A stretch of 64,000 nucleotides of DNA from positions 1-64,000 of IMG/VR virus record IMGVR_UViG_3300035698_012088; one strand, written 5' to 3'. Source of the stretch: a virus. Under the pieces are notes generated by a model that was given only the letters and a program-made list of their open reading frames with translations, was not told the DNA's origin and made no database searches. The translations under genes and the position numbers were made by a program. Shown piece after piece: positions 10,501-18,465 of this stretch; the first letter of the stretch is position 1, and each line of letters starts with the position of its first letter.

Positions 10501-13500
10501 CAAGGGACAAAAGAATGATGACTTCTGGAGACAGGTTAAATTAGGGAAGACTCCAGTCTCTCCCAAGTCTACCTTTGTATATGACAAGTTTAAAGCACTA
10601 CTTAGGTCTGGAGGAATTAACCTACAAGAGACCTCAACAGCAGATTCTATATATGGTATGACTAATACCCAGATGGTTAAACTTAGTGGGAATAGACAGA
10701 TTAAGACAGGTCAAACTTTCTCAGCTAAGCATCTTAAACCTATCCCAGGTGGTTTATTTGATCCACAGGCAACAGGTTCCTTAGCTGGAGGAGATAGATT
10801 TTCTTATATCCAATTACCCGATCCTTTGCCTAACCCTATGATGGAGAATGCTTTAAGGGTTATCTTAAGTAAGACTCAGAAAGAGTTTGATGAAGTCCTA
10901 GAAGGTGGTTTATCAGTGGACGGTAAAACTGGTGGACAAGCTATGAAGGCCCTATTAGACAAGGTATCCTTACCTCAACTAAAAGCTCAAGCAGAAAATG
11001 AAATCAGATTTGGGTCAGCATCTAGAAAAGACGCTGCTGTTAAGAGATTTGGATTTCTCACTGCTATGGAGAAACATGGGGTGAAGCCTTCTGACTTTAT
11101 GATGGATAGAGTTCTTGTGCTACCTCCTAAATATAGACCAGTAACTAGACAAGGTGGGCTAACCATGTCTAATGATATGAATTATATGTATAAGGCTTTA
11201 ACTGAAGCTATAGAAGACTATAATGATTCTGAAGGATTACCTGAACCAGTAAGAAAAGAAGCTAGGTCCAATTTGGTAAACATCCATAGAGCCACTATTG
11301 GAATGATAGACCCAGCTCATCCTAAACTAGTACAAAAGAACATAGGTGGGATTTTAAAACAACTATTTGGTAAAGGCTCCCCAAAAGCTTCCTTTGTACA
11401 AAGAAAGGTTATGGAAACCAATATGGATATATCAGGTTTAGCTGTAGTATCTCCTAATCCTAATCTAAAGTTAAATGAAGTAGGGCTCCCTATAGAAAAA
11501 GCTTGGGAGTTATATGAACCTTGGATTATAAGACATATGGTTAGAAACAATACTCCAGCTACAGCAGCTGCTAAAGCAGTCAAGAATAAAGACAGGTCTG
11601 CTCTAGCCGCACTTCAAGAGGTAGTGAAGCAAAGACCTGTGATAGTAAACAGGGCTCCAACACTACATAAATATAGTATGATGGCCTTTAAACCTAAACT
11701 AGTTAAAGGGGAAACGCTACAAGTATCTCCTGCTATTGTAGGACCTTTTACTATGGACTTTGATGGGGATTCAATAAGTGGTTGCGTTGCAGTGAGTTAT
11801 GACTTTTTTATAGATAATATAGAAAAAACAGTTGAAAAAAGCAAAGGGGATAGTATAGTAGTTAATACGAAAAAGGAGGCAAATATGCCAATTTCAAAAA
11901 CTGCTAAGCTGTCAACAAATGTGAGTATTATTCCTATAGAGAATATGCCTAGAATAGAAGCGTCTAAAATAGAGAAATCAGATAATGTTTCAGAATGGGA
12001 TGTTCCATTAGGGGTGAATGTATGTGCTTTAGATAGAGAAACTAGAGAACTCAAACATTATGCTGTGACTAAGTTTTCAGAACACAGAAACCTAAAGATG
12101 TTTGATGTAACCTTAGGTAAATGGTACTCCAAGGTAATAACTGTATCTGAGGACCACTCCCTGGTTGGATATGTAGATGGAGTTTTAGAACTACTTAAGC
12201 CAGAAGAGGCCCTACATAAAATGGTACCTGTGTCTAAAGCTCTACAGCACTATTCCTCTGAAGACACTATATATAACATGTCTAATGGAGAAGTAGATAT
12301 CTATTTAAATAAAGAGTCGGGTATTGTTTTAGGTGCTCTTATAGGAGATGGTTGGGTGGATGTAGGGAATACCTGCTATTTAACTTCTGCTTATCCTGAA
12401 TTCATAGACTACATAGAAGGATGTTTAATTCAAGGAGCTATTCCTTTACACAATAAAGATAAAGTACTCTCCTCCCACTATTATGATAGAAAAAATATTG
12501 AAGGTGTGGTAAAACCTGTTAATAAGACTACTTTTTCTTTAACAGCTAAAGCAAAAGAACTAATAGGTCAAAAAATAGGAAAAGGGTTTGATAAGAAAGT
12601 TATTCCACAAGAGTGTTTAAGAGCACAAAGATCTCATCTTATAGGTTTACTCATAGGCCTTATGTCTACAGATGGTTCTATTTTCTGTAAGAAGGGATTA
12701 AAGAGAAATAAAGAATTTTGGAACTGCGGAGCTAGTTATTGTACTCTTTCTACTAATTTAAGAGATTCTTTTGTACATCTTTGTAAACTATTGGGTATTA
12801 GAACCACAGTGTCTATGTTTATAACTAAACTTAAAGGTAATACCGGGTATACAATTACTCTATGTAAGCCTGACTTTGTTAAGTTCTGTAGAGAGAATGA
12901 AGCTTTCCATATGCCTATTGCACATAAACAAGACGCACTAGAGTTATTCTTAAGTAAGGTAGATATGGAATCAAACACAGCCCTAGCTGTAGATAAAGTG
13001 CCGTATCCTAAAAATCTGCACTCTGTGTTTTTACAGTTAAATAAACAAGGTACTCCTGTGCTAAGCCCTTCTGGACTAAGTAAAGTCAATAAAGATGGAT
13101 TTATTTCTAGAATAAAGGCTTTAGAGTTTTCTAAAAAGCATTTACAGGATCTACCAGAAGATACTGTACATAGTTTTAAAGAATGGAGAACTTTAGTAAA
13201 AGATACAGAGGTTAATTGGGAGAGAGTAGAGAATGTATCAAAAAGAGAAGGACTAGAGACAGCTTATGATATAACAGTTCCAGGCCCTTTTACCTTTGCT
13301 ACTTCTGATGGAATAATTGTCCAAGATACTGCCTCTTATTCAGTTCCAGTATCTAAAGCAGCTGTTAAAGAGGCAATGGAAAAGATGTTACCGGAGAAGA
13401 ACTTATTATCAGTAAGAAATGACCTGCCTCACTATGTTCCGAGCCAAGAGTACATTCAGGGGCTATATTACAGTACTAAAGAGCCTACTAACAAAAAACC

Positions 13501-13591
13501 AGTTATATTCTTAACCAGAGCAGATGCTATGGCTGCATATAAGTCCGGTGAGATTAGAGTTGATGACCCTATTATTATAAAGGGCGAATAG
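7562..13591 (+). CDS. rpoBC: DNA-directed RNA polymerase: beta subunit fused to the N-terminal part of beta', intein-containing
   Basis: Beta motifs GTFIRNGTE, DPIRSPE, KNFEDATVISE, GDKL...KGIIS, SPLGIISR, ARSTGSYS; then beta' motifs GLFDP, VLPPKYRP, VGLP, NRAPTLH, DFDGD, PSQE. Confidence 0.93.
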   Translation: MSLLMEVLKEAGMPIKGSILSEVLTAPQPPSEEIGVSEDQLLDFDDYTSARLQLFDKTQIAVQEAFPLENDQYSLSVQDVKYRDPDKYTLSDEKKAVSEGQTLGRRLVGRYVVTDKVTGKVANTSGLRTLINVPYFTQRGTFIRNGTEYAIPKQLRLIPNVYTRHTADGKVESQFNVAPRTGPSFRIQMDPATSLFYMKVSNRKIPLYPVLRKMGVSDEDLKNTWGGGVFKVNQAQRVSPHAINWMRDSIERGEAMLEKQGEENTEPDEQDSAKLRAYFNNMGLDPEATTLTLGKPYSNVTPETLLDSTSKILKVSRGQAETDDRDSLAFQTVHDVSDFLPEKIRHDQNRVMRNYLWKLTGKGGDPSVIPSAALDKHSAHLFNTAKIAQAIEEISPLDIYNQNHRVVRLGEGALPSIESAPREARNVQPSYLNFIDPIRSPESLRIGLDLFFSRQVRKGPKNLLYSKFLDPKSGKLQWVSSRKAANAIIGFPDALKTKDRYVPAMYKSKGIYYVPREKVDMFVHSGDDLLSVGGTTVPLASGIKGMRFLMGSKYPSQSLPLVNREAPNVQSLAKNGQPLYEYLSKFMGVKRAEAAGVVTKVGKESMTIKYDNGETKNVDLYNTFPFSRKTFMHNYPTVKLGDRVEKDGLLATSNFSTDTGTGAPGRNLRVAYMGYRGKNFEDATVISEEAAKKLTSEQMYVEKKEEQEGLRFSKNTFRNLFPTKFKKDQLENIGDNGIVKPGTVLNYGDPMILASKERIPSLSTLGRRVSTDESKVWEHYSPGVVTSVSKTKKGHSVFVRSNSPMQVGDKLALPWGAKGIISEIVKQEDMPRDAQGKALEVLLSPLGIISRTNSAQLVAAALGKVAAKTGKPYVLPGFMNENMVDFAMKELADNGLTDTEELYDPLLKKSIPKVFVGNTYVYKLQQIAESKGKARSTGSYSQDEDPSRGGKSGSKHVGSLDLQALLSHGATEVIKDLKLIKGQKNDDFWRQVKLGKTPVSPKSTFVYDKFKALLRSGGINLQETSTADSIYGMTNTQMVKLSGNRQIKTGQTFSAKHLKPIPGGLFDPQATGSLAGGDRFSYIQLPDPLPNPMMENALRVILSKTQKEFDEVLEGGLSVDGKTGGQAMKALLDKVSLPQLKAQAENEIRFGSASRKDAAVKRFGFLTAMEKHGVKPSDFMMDRVLVLPPKYRPVTRQGGLTMSNDMNYMYKALTEAIEDYNDSEGLPEPVRKEARSNLVNIHRATIGMIDPAHPKLVQKNIGGILKQLFGKGSPKASFVQRKVMETNMDISGLAVVSPNPNLKLNEVGLPIEKAWELYEPWIIRHMVRNNTPATAAAKAVKNKDRSALAALQEVVKQRPVIVNRAPTLHKYSMMAFKPKLVKGETLQVSPAIVGPFTMDFDGDSISGCVAVSYDFFIDNIEKTVEKSKGDSIVVNTKKEANMPISKTAKLSTNVSIIPIENMPRIEASKIEKSDNVSEWDVPLGVNVCALDRETRELKHYAVTKFSEHRNLKMFDVTLGKWYSKVITVSEDHSLVGYVDGVLELLKPEEALHKMVPVSKALQHYSSEDTIYNMSNGEVDIYLNKESGIVLGALIGDGWVDVGNTCYLTSAYPEFIDYIEGCLIQGAIPLHNKDKVLSSHYYDRKNIEGVVKPVNKTTFSLTAKAKELIGQKIGKGFDKKVIPQECLRAQRSHLIGLLIGLMSTDGSIFCKKGLKRNKEFWNCGASYCTLSTNLRDSFVHLCKLLGIRTTVSMFITKLKGNTGYTITLCKPDFVKFCRENEAFHMPIAHKQDALELFLSKVDMESNTALAVDKVPYPKNLHSVFLQLNKQGTPVLSPSGLSKVNKDGFISRIKALEFSKKHLQDLPEDTVHSFKEWRTLVKDTEVNWERVENVSKREGLETAYDITVPGPFTFATSDGIIVQDTASYSVPVSKAAVKEAMEKMLPEKNLLSVRNDLPHYVPSQEYIQGLYYSTKEPTNKKPVIFLTRADAMAAYKSGEIRVDDPIIIKGE
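11771..13327 (+). mobile_element. LAGLIDADG intein (519 aa) immediately after catalytic DFDGD; Ser1, C-terminal Gln-Asp, Thr+1
   Basis: Removal restores DFDGD|TASYSVPVS (cf. DFDGDQMAVHVPLS). Block B VSEDHSL, endonuclease motifs LGALIGDG and IGLMSTDG, block F AYDITV. Confidence 0.88.
11832..11887 (+). promoter_or_regulatory. Putative internal promoter, RBS and in-frame ATG inside the intein
   Basis: TTGAAA(11832)-16-TATAGT(11854); AAGGAGG at 11873-11879; in-frame ATG 11885. Confidence 0.6.
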
Positions 13592-13613
13592 ATTAAACTA
13601 TTAGGAGTAGAAT

Positions 13614-14279
13614 ATGTTAGATAAAGAGAGTTTACTAAGTAGTATCAGAAGTGCCATGGAGAAAGAGGCATATGCTCCTCCAGCTCCTATGCCTATGGAC
13701 CCAGCAATGGGAGCAGCTCCCCCAATGGATCCTGCAATGATGGGAGCACCCCCTATGGATCCTGCAATGATGGGAGCACCCCCTATGGATCCTATGGCAG
13801 GAGGAATGCCTCCAATGGACCCAATGGCTGGTGGAATGCCTCCAATGGACCCAATGATGGATCCAGCTATGGGTGGAATGCCTCCTATGGACCCTGCTGC
13901 AGTAATGGATCCAGCTATGGGTGGAATGCCCCCAGTTGATCCCGCAGTTGCAGACCCTCTAACTCCTGGTTCAGAAGCTGAAGCAGCCTCTACAGAGGCC
14001 ATTGAAAAGCTTATTGATACAGTGGAAAAGTTGGATAAAAAGGTTGGCTCATTAGAAGAAGGTGTTGTTCAGGCTTTAGATGCTCAAGGTATTATGCCCC
14101 CAGAACAAGCTCTAAATGATCCTCAAGAAGTACCTGAAGAAGAAGTTACTCCTGAGGAAGTTGGCTTTTCCGATGAAGTTCAGAAGTTAGCATCAAACCA
14201 AGCCCTTTGGGAAAAAGATCTAGCCTCTAGGAGAGAACCTCTACTTAATACCTTAAGAGATATTAGAAAGATGCTCTAA
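13614..14279 (+). CDS. Pro/Met-rich repeat protein, putative internal head protein
   Basis: AGGAG RBS; PPMDP repeats; MEKEA and QKLAS motifs. Confidence 0.8.
   Translation: MLDKESLLSSIRSAMEKEAYAPPAPMPMDPAMGAAPPMDPAMMGAPPMDPAMMGAPPMDPMAGGMPPMDPMAGGMPPMDPMMDPAMGGMPPMDPAAVMDPAMGGMPPVDPAVADPLTPGSEAEAASTEAIEKLIDTVEKLDKKVGSLEEGVVQALDAQGIMPPEQALNDPQEVPEEEVTPEEVGFSDEVQKLASNQALWEKDLASRREPLLNTLRDIRKML
13690..13945 (+). repeat. Degenerate 24-36 nt tandem repeats encoding (G)GxPPMDP(A)M
   Basis: Repeated cc(t/a)atgga(t/c)cc units. Confidence 0.8.
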
Positions 14280-14289
14280 GGAGGGTATA

Positions 14290-14805
14290 ATGCCAGTAGA
14301 TTTTAATCAATTAAAAGATAGAGCCGGATCCTTCTTAGGAGATGTTGGAGAAAAGATTAAGAAGAATCCTGAATATGTCACCACTCCTGGTGGAGCAGCT
14401 ATTGCTCATTTACTAGGTGCTGGAGCAGGTGGAGTGGCTTTAGGGGCTGCAGGTGGATATGGAGCAGGTAAAGTACTTGGCTCTGCCATCAACCAAGAAC
14501 CTATTGGCCCCGCCCCAGATAAAGTTTTGAGTGATATGGGGGGCCGAAGTGATCTCAACCCTCTTATAGACAGCACTATTGATACTGGTGCTGGAATTAT
14601 GGGGGACGCTGCCAAAGGCGTAGCTAATCAAACACTACAACATCCTATTATTGCTACAATCTTAGCCATCCTTCTTTTTAAGAGTAAAGGTGGCAGAGCA
14701 GTAGGAAGAGGTTTACGCGGAGCAGCAGGTGGAGCCATGGATCTCGGTAAGAACATTCTTAAAAGAAAACCTAACCTACATGTTGCGCCACCCAAAGTAC
14801 CATAA
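14290..14805 (+). CDS. Gly-zipper hydrophobic protein
   Basis: GAGAGGVALGAAGGYGAG and IIATILAILLF segments. Confidence 0.75.
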   Translation: MPVDFNQLKDRAGSFLGDVGEKIKKNPEYVTTPGGAAIAHLLGAGAGGVALGAAGGYGAGKVLGSAINQEPIGPAPDKVLSDMGGRSDLNPLIDSTIDTGAGIMGDAAKGVANQTLQHPIIATILAILLFKSKGGRAVGRGLRGAAGGAMDLGKNILKRKPNLHVAPPKVP

Positions 14806-14808
14806 TAC

Positions 14809-17736
14809 ATGCCAAAAGTTCAGACAATAGGTCAAGTCTTAATAAAGAATGCCTTACCTGAAAATCTAAAGGAGTTTGAAGGCACCTTAGATAAGAAGGG
14901 TACCCAAAGGTTACTAGAGAGACTTGCTAAAGAAAACCCAGAAGAATATGTGGATACCTTGAAGAAGTTATCTGACATAGCTGCTGTGGTGTCTACTGAA
15001 TATGGAGGGGCAGCTTCTGTTGATTTAGCTTCACTTAGAACTCCCCCTTCTGTGGAAAGATATAAAGAGACAGTGAATGCAAAGGTTAGGTCTATATCCC
15101 AAAGCTCTAGTATCCCCATGGAAAAGAAGAGTGAGATGATTGTAACCTATCTTAGAAAGGTTAACCAAGAAGCACAGAAAAGAGTTTTAAATGCAGGAGC
15201 TGAGGTAGACAATATCTTCATCAATGCTATTAACCATGGATTTAGAGGTTCCCCCACTCAGGCTAAACAGCTTCTCTTTGGAGATGTCCTTAATGCTGAC
15301 CATAGAGGTAGAGCAATTCCTATTCCTGGGCTTAGTAGCTATGCTGGAGGAGTATCTCCCTTAGAATACTGGGCAGGGGCCTATGGTTCTAGAAAGGGAT
15401 ATGCTGATGTACAGTTTGCCACAGCAGATACTGGATACTTCGGTAAACAGATGGCCCTTATGGGTAATAGAGCTAGGATTACAGGAGAAGACTGCGGAGC
15501 AGATGATGTAGGTTTAGTAAGAGATGGGGATGATCCTGAGATTATAGGCACTATCCTCTCTAGAGATGTAGGGCCCTTTAAGAAAGGACATGAGCTAGAG
15601 AAACAAGATCTATCTGTTCTTAGAGATAAGAATGTAGTAACAAGATCCTTAGTAACTTGTCAACAAGATGAAGGTATTTGTCAGAAGTGTGCGGGCAAAA
15701 GAGAGAATAATGAGTATCCTCCTATGGGAGCCTTTGTAGGAATTACTGCAGCCAGAACAGTATCAGAACCAATGACCCAGGAGCTAGGGTTATGTCTTTG
15801 CGCCGCAACGACTTATGTAACAATGGCAGACCACAGCACCAAGCTTTTAAAGGACATCAAGTTAGGTGATTATGTACTTGGAGCTGATAAAAAAGGAAAC
15901 ACTTTTCCAACAAAAGTGCTTAATATTTTCAATCAGGGAGAGAAGGAAGTTTCAGAGATTGTATTTAAAGGGGCTTCTAGAGAAGAGAGGTCTATGGTAG
16001 CTACTTTAGATCATAAAATATTATCTAGAACTAGAAGTAACAGTAAAACAAAACTAGATATAAACCCCTGCGGATACAAAAATTCTAGATTTGGGGCGGT
16101 ACTCCCCTCTAAGTTTAAGGATAGTGGATTTACAGATAATAGCTATGATTTACTATTGGGGCTACTATTAGGAGATGGGGGATACTCTAAAGGAACACAT
16201 CAGGTAGCTTTTTCCTGCGACGACTCTACTCTATTAGAAGATATCAAAGACTATATGGGCTCTCTAGGACTGTACCTAAAGAAAAACAGCATCTGTAAAT
16301 ATATGGTAAACAGTTTAGAAGGCAAGGATAAAAAAGGCTGGAATAAACCTAATCCTTGTAAACAGTATTTACAGAAAACGGGACACTGGGGACAGATGTC
16401 TTATGAGAAATACATCCACCCCGAAGTATTAAATTCTTGGTCTAATGTTTCAGTAGCTAGACTTTTAAGTGGGCTATTTATAACTGATGGCAGTATTGGT
16501 TTCTCTAAACAAAGTGACTACCCTACTATAGAGTTCTGCAGCACTTCTGAAAGATTAGTGGAACAGGTTAAGCACTTATTGGAAAAGAGATTCGGTATCT
16601 ACAGTGGAGTGGTCTATGAGCAGGATAACACTAGAGGGTATGGAAAAAGAAATTTATATAGAGTAATTATAAGCAGAAAAGAATCCGTGTCTAAATTTAA
16701 AAATAATATTCCATTATTCGGCAAAAAGAAGAAACTATTGGATACTTGGAATAATTCTAACCTACAGGACGAGGCATATGTTATAAAAAGGGTATCTATG
16801 GAGAGTTTAGGAAAAAGACATACCATGGATATAGAAGTAGAACATCAGGATCACTTATTTGTTCTATCTAATGGTCTAATTGTATCAAATTCAGCTAAAC
16901 ATACTGGGGGTAATATTGGGAAAGATATTAAAGAGATAGAGGGGTTTGCAGAGATTAACCAATTCCTCCAAGTTCCTGAAAGATTTATTGGAGCTGCTAT
17001 ACTTGCCCCAGCAGATGGTAAAGTAACTAAAAAAGAGAAGGCCCCTCAGGGAGGGCAATATCTATATATTGGACAAGACAAAGTATATATTCCTCTGAGT
17101 AGGAAGTTGGATGTAGAAGTTGGAGATATGGTTGAAGCTGGGGACGCTATGACAGATGGAACACCTAACCCAGCAGAGATTGCCAGACATAAGGGATTAG
17201 GAGAGGGAAGGAAATACTTTGTACATAGATTCAGGAAGATGTTAGAAGATAATGGTATTCCACAGATGGTTAGAAATATAGAACCACTAGCTAGGAACTT
17301 CTTTGATAGAGTTAAAATAACAGATCCAGATGGAGTGGGAGGGTATGAGATAGGGGAAAGAATACCTTATTCTATGCTACAGAGAGAATATACTCCTAGG
17401 GTAGACTCTGAGACTATGTCTTTAAATAGAAGTGTGAACAAGTATCTAGAGAAACCAGTATTGCATTACACAATAGGCACAAAGATTACTCCTAAGATGG
17501 TTAAGTCCTTAAAAGAGATTGGATATGATAAGATATTAGTTAATGCTGAAGCTCCTGGTTTTGTTCCTGATGTAGTAAGATTGGCTGACAATACTTCTAC
17601 TGATCCAGATTGGAAAACAAGGTTGGCCAGTTTTGGACTAAAGAGATCCTTATTAGATTCAGTAACTCATGGCTCAACAAGTAAGCATGATTCTGCCTCA
17701 TTTGTCCCTAGTTTAATGAATCCGAGTACCCTATAA
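14809..17736 (+). CDS. rpoC: RNA polymerase beta' C-terminal part, intein-containing
   Basis: Bridge helix GSRKGYADVQFATADTGY; Zn site RSLVTC...GICQKC; trigger loop AARTVSEPMTQ...SAKHTGG. Confidence 0.92.
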   Translation: MPKVQTIGQVLIKNALPENLKEFEGTLDKKGTQRLLERLAKENPEEYVDTLKKLSDIAAVVSTEYGGAASVDLASLRTPPSVERYKETVNAKVRSISQSSSIPMEKKSEMIVTYLRKVNQEAQKRVLNAGAEVDNIFINAINHGFRGSPTQAKQLLFGDVLNADHRGRAIPIPGLSSYAGGVSPLEYWAGAYGSRKGYADVQFATADTGYFGKQMALMGNRARITGEDCGADDVGLVRDGDDPEIIGTILSRDVGPFKKGHELEKQDLSVLRDKNVVTRSLVTCQQDEGICQKCAGKRENNEYPPMGAFVGITAARTVSEPMTQELGLCLCAATTYVTMADHSTKLLKDIKLGDYVLGADKKGNTFPTKVLNIFNQGEKEVSEIVFKGASREERSMVATLDHKILSRTRSNSKTKLDINPCGYKNSRFGAVLPSKFKDSGFTDNSYDLLLGLLLGDGGYSKGTHQVAFSCDDSTLLEDIKDYMGSLGLYLKKNSICKYMVNSLEGKDKKGWNKPNPCKQYLQKTGHWGQMSYEKYIHPEVLNSWSNVSVARLLSGLFITDGSIGFSKQSDYPTIEFCSTSERLVEQVKHLLEKRFGIYSGVVYEQDNTRGYGKRNLYRVIISRKESVSKFKNNIPLFGKKKKLLDTWNNSNLQDEAYVIKRVSMESLGKRHTMDIEVEHQDHLFVLSNGLIVSNSAKHTGGNIGKDIKEIEGFAEINQFLQVPERFIGAAILAPADGKVTKKEKAPQGGQYLYIGQDKVYIPLSRKLDVEVGDMVEAGDAMTDGTPNPAEIARHKGLGEGRKYFVHRFRKMLEDNGIPQMVRNIEPLARNFFDRVKITDPDGVGGYEIGERIPYSMLQREYTPRVDSETMSLNRSVNKYLEKPVLHYTIGTKITPKMVKSLKEIGYDKILVNAEAPGFVPDVVRLADNTSTDPDWKTRLASFGLKRSLLDSVTHGSTSKHDSASFVPSLMNPSTL
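15793..16890 (+). mobile_element. LAGLIDADG intein (366 aa) in the trigger loop
   Basis: CLCAATT start, ATLDHK block B, LGLLLGDG and SGLFITDG, ends GLIVSN|S. Confidence 0.9.
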
Positions 17737-18465
17737 ATGCCAATAGATAAAAGACAAGATGATGATGGGCAGAGAAGGAAGAAAATGGCTCTTTGGGCTG
17801 TTGCTGGAATGGGGGCTGCAGCAGCTGGTGGCATTGGCTATATGATGTACAAGAACAAGGATAAGTTCCCTAAAGCCCAAGAAAACTTTAGTGCACCCTT
17901 TGGTATATCCTCAAAACAACAAAAATCTATTTTAGGTGGAAAAGATTTAAGTAAGAAGTTTAGTCCTGAGCAATGGGGATCCCTACAGGCTTGGAAAGGA
18001 CTCCACATCGCAGCATCTAAATTAAAATCTGGAGGTCATGATGTTCCTTTCCAGTCAGGCCTACACAGGAAGAAGGTTGCTTATAAAGACTTCTCCCCTA
18101 AGATATTAGAACAACTAGGATTTCAGAAGTCCATGATTGCTGTTCCAGAAAGGGGGCAAACTCAATGGACAACCTATAGACACCCCAAGACATTCCATCA
18201 CTTACACAAGCATAAGAAGGATTGGTATATGCATAGAGATAAATTCTTAGCACTTCAATTAGCTATGCAGAGGATTGTTGGAAGAGATATTGGAGCAGGA
18301 CTGGGGGCTGTAGGGTCAGGAATCCACCATCTTGCTACAGAAGGTATTCCTGGTGGAACGAGGTATATTAAGAATAAGTTGTCCGGTGCTCCCAATTTTG
18401 AGGATATAAGCAATGACCTTAAAGGGGACTATCCTTTGATCTTGAAGATAAAGAACCTATTATGA
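17737..18465 (+). CDS. Hypothetical protein with N-terminal hydrophobic Gly-rich segment
   Basis: ALWAVAGMGAAAAGGIGY segment; His-rich core. Confidence 0.7.
   Translation: MPIDKRQDDDGQRRKKMALWAVAGMGAAAAGGIGYMMYKNKDKFPKAQENFSAPFGISSKQQKSILGGKDLSKKFSPEQWGSLQAWKGLHIAASKLKSGGHDVPFQSGLHRKKVAYKDFSPKILEQLGFQKSMIAVPERGQTQWTTYRHPKTFHHLHKHKKDWYMHRDKFLALQLAMQRIVGRDIGAGLGAVGSGIHHLATEGIPGGTRYIKNKLSGAPNFEDISNDLKGDYPLILKIKNLL

Noticed and set aside
7562-17736. Cellular rpoBC locus (bacterial chromosome)
   Set aside because: No ribosomal-protein neighbours, strong divergence, and flanked by protease, capsid and portal-like genes.
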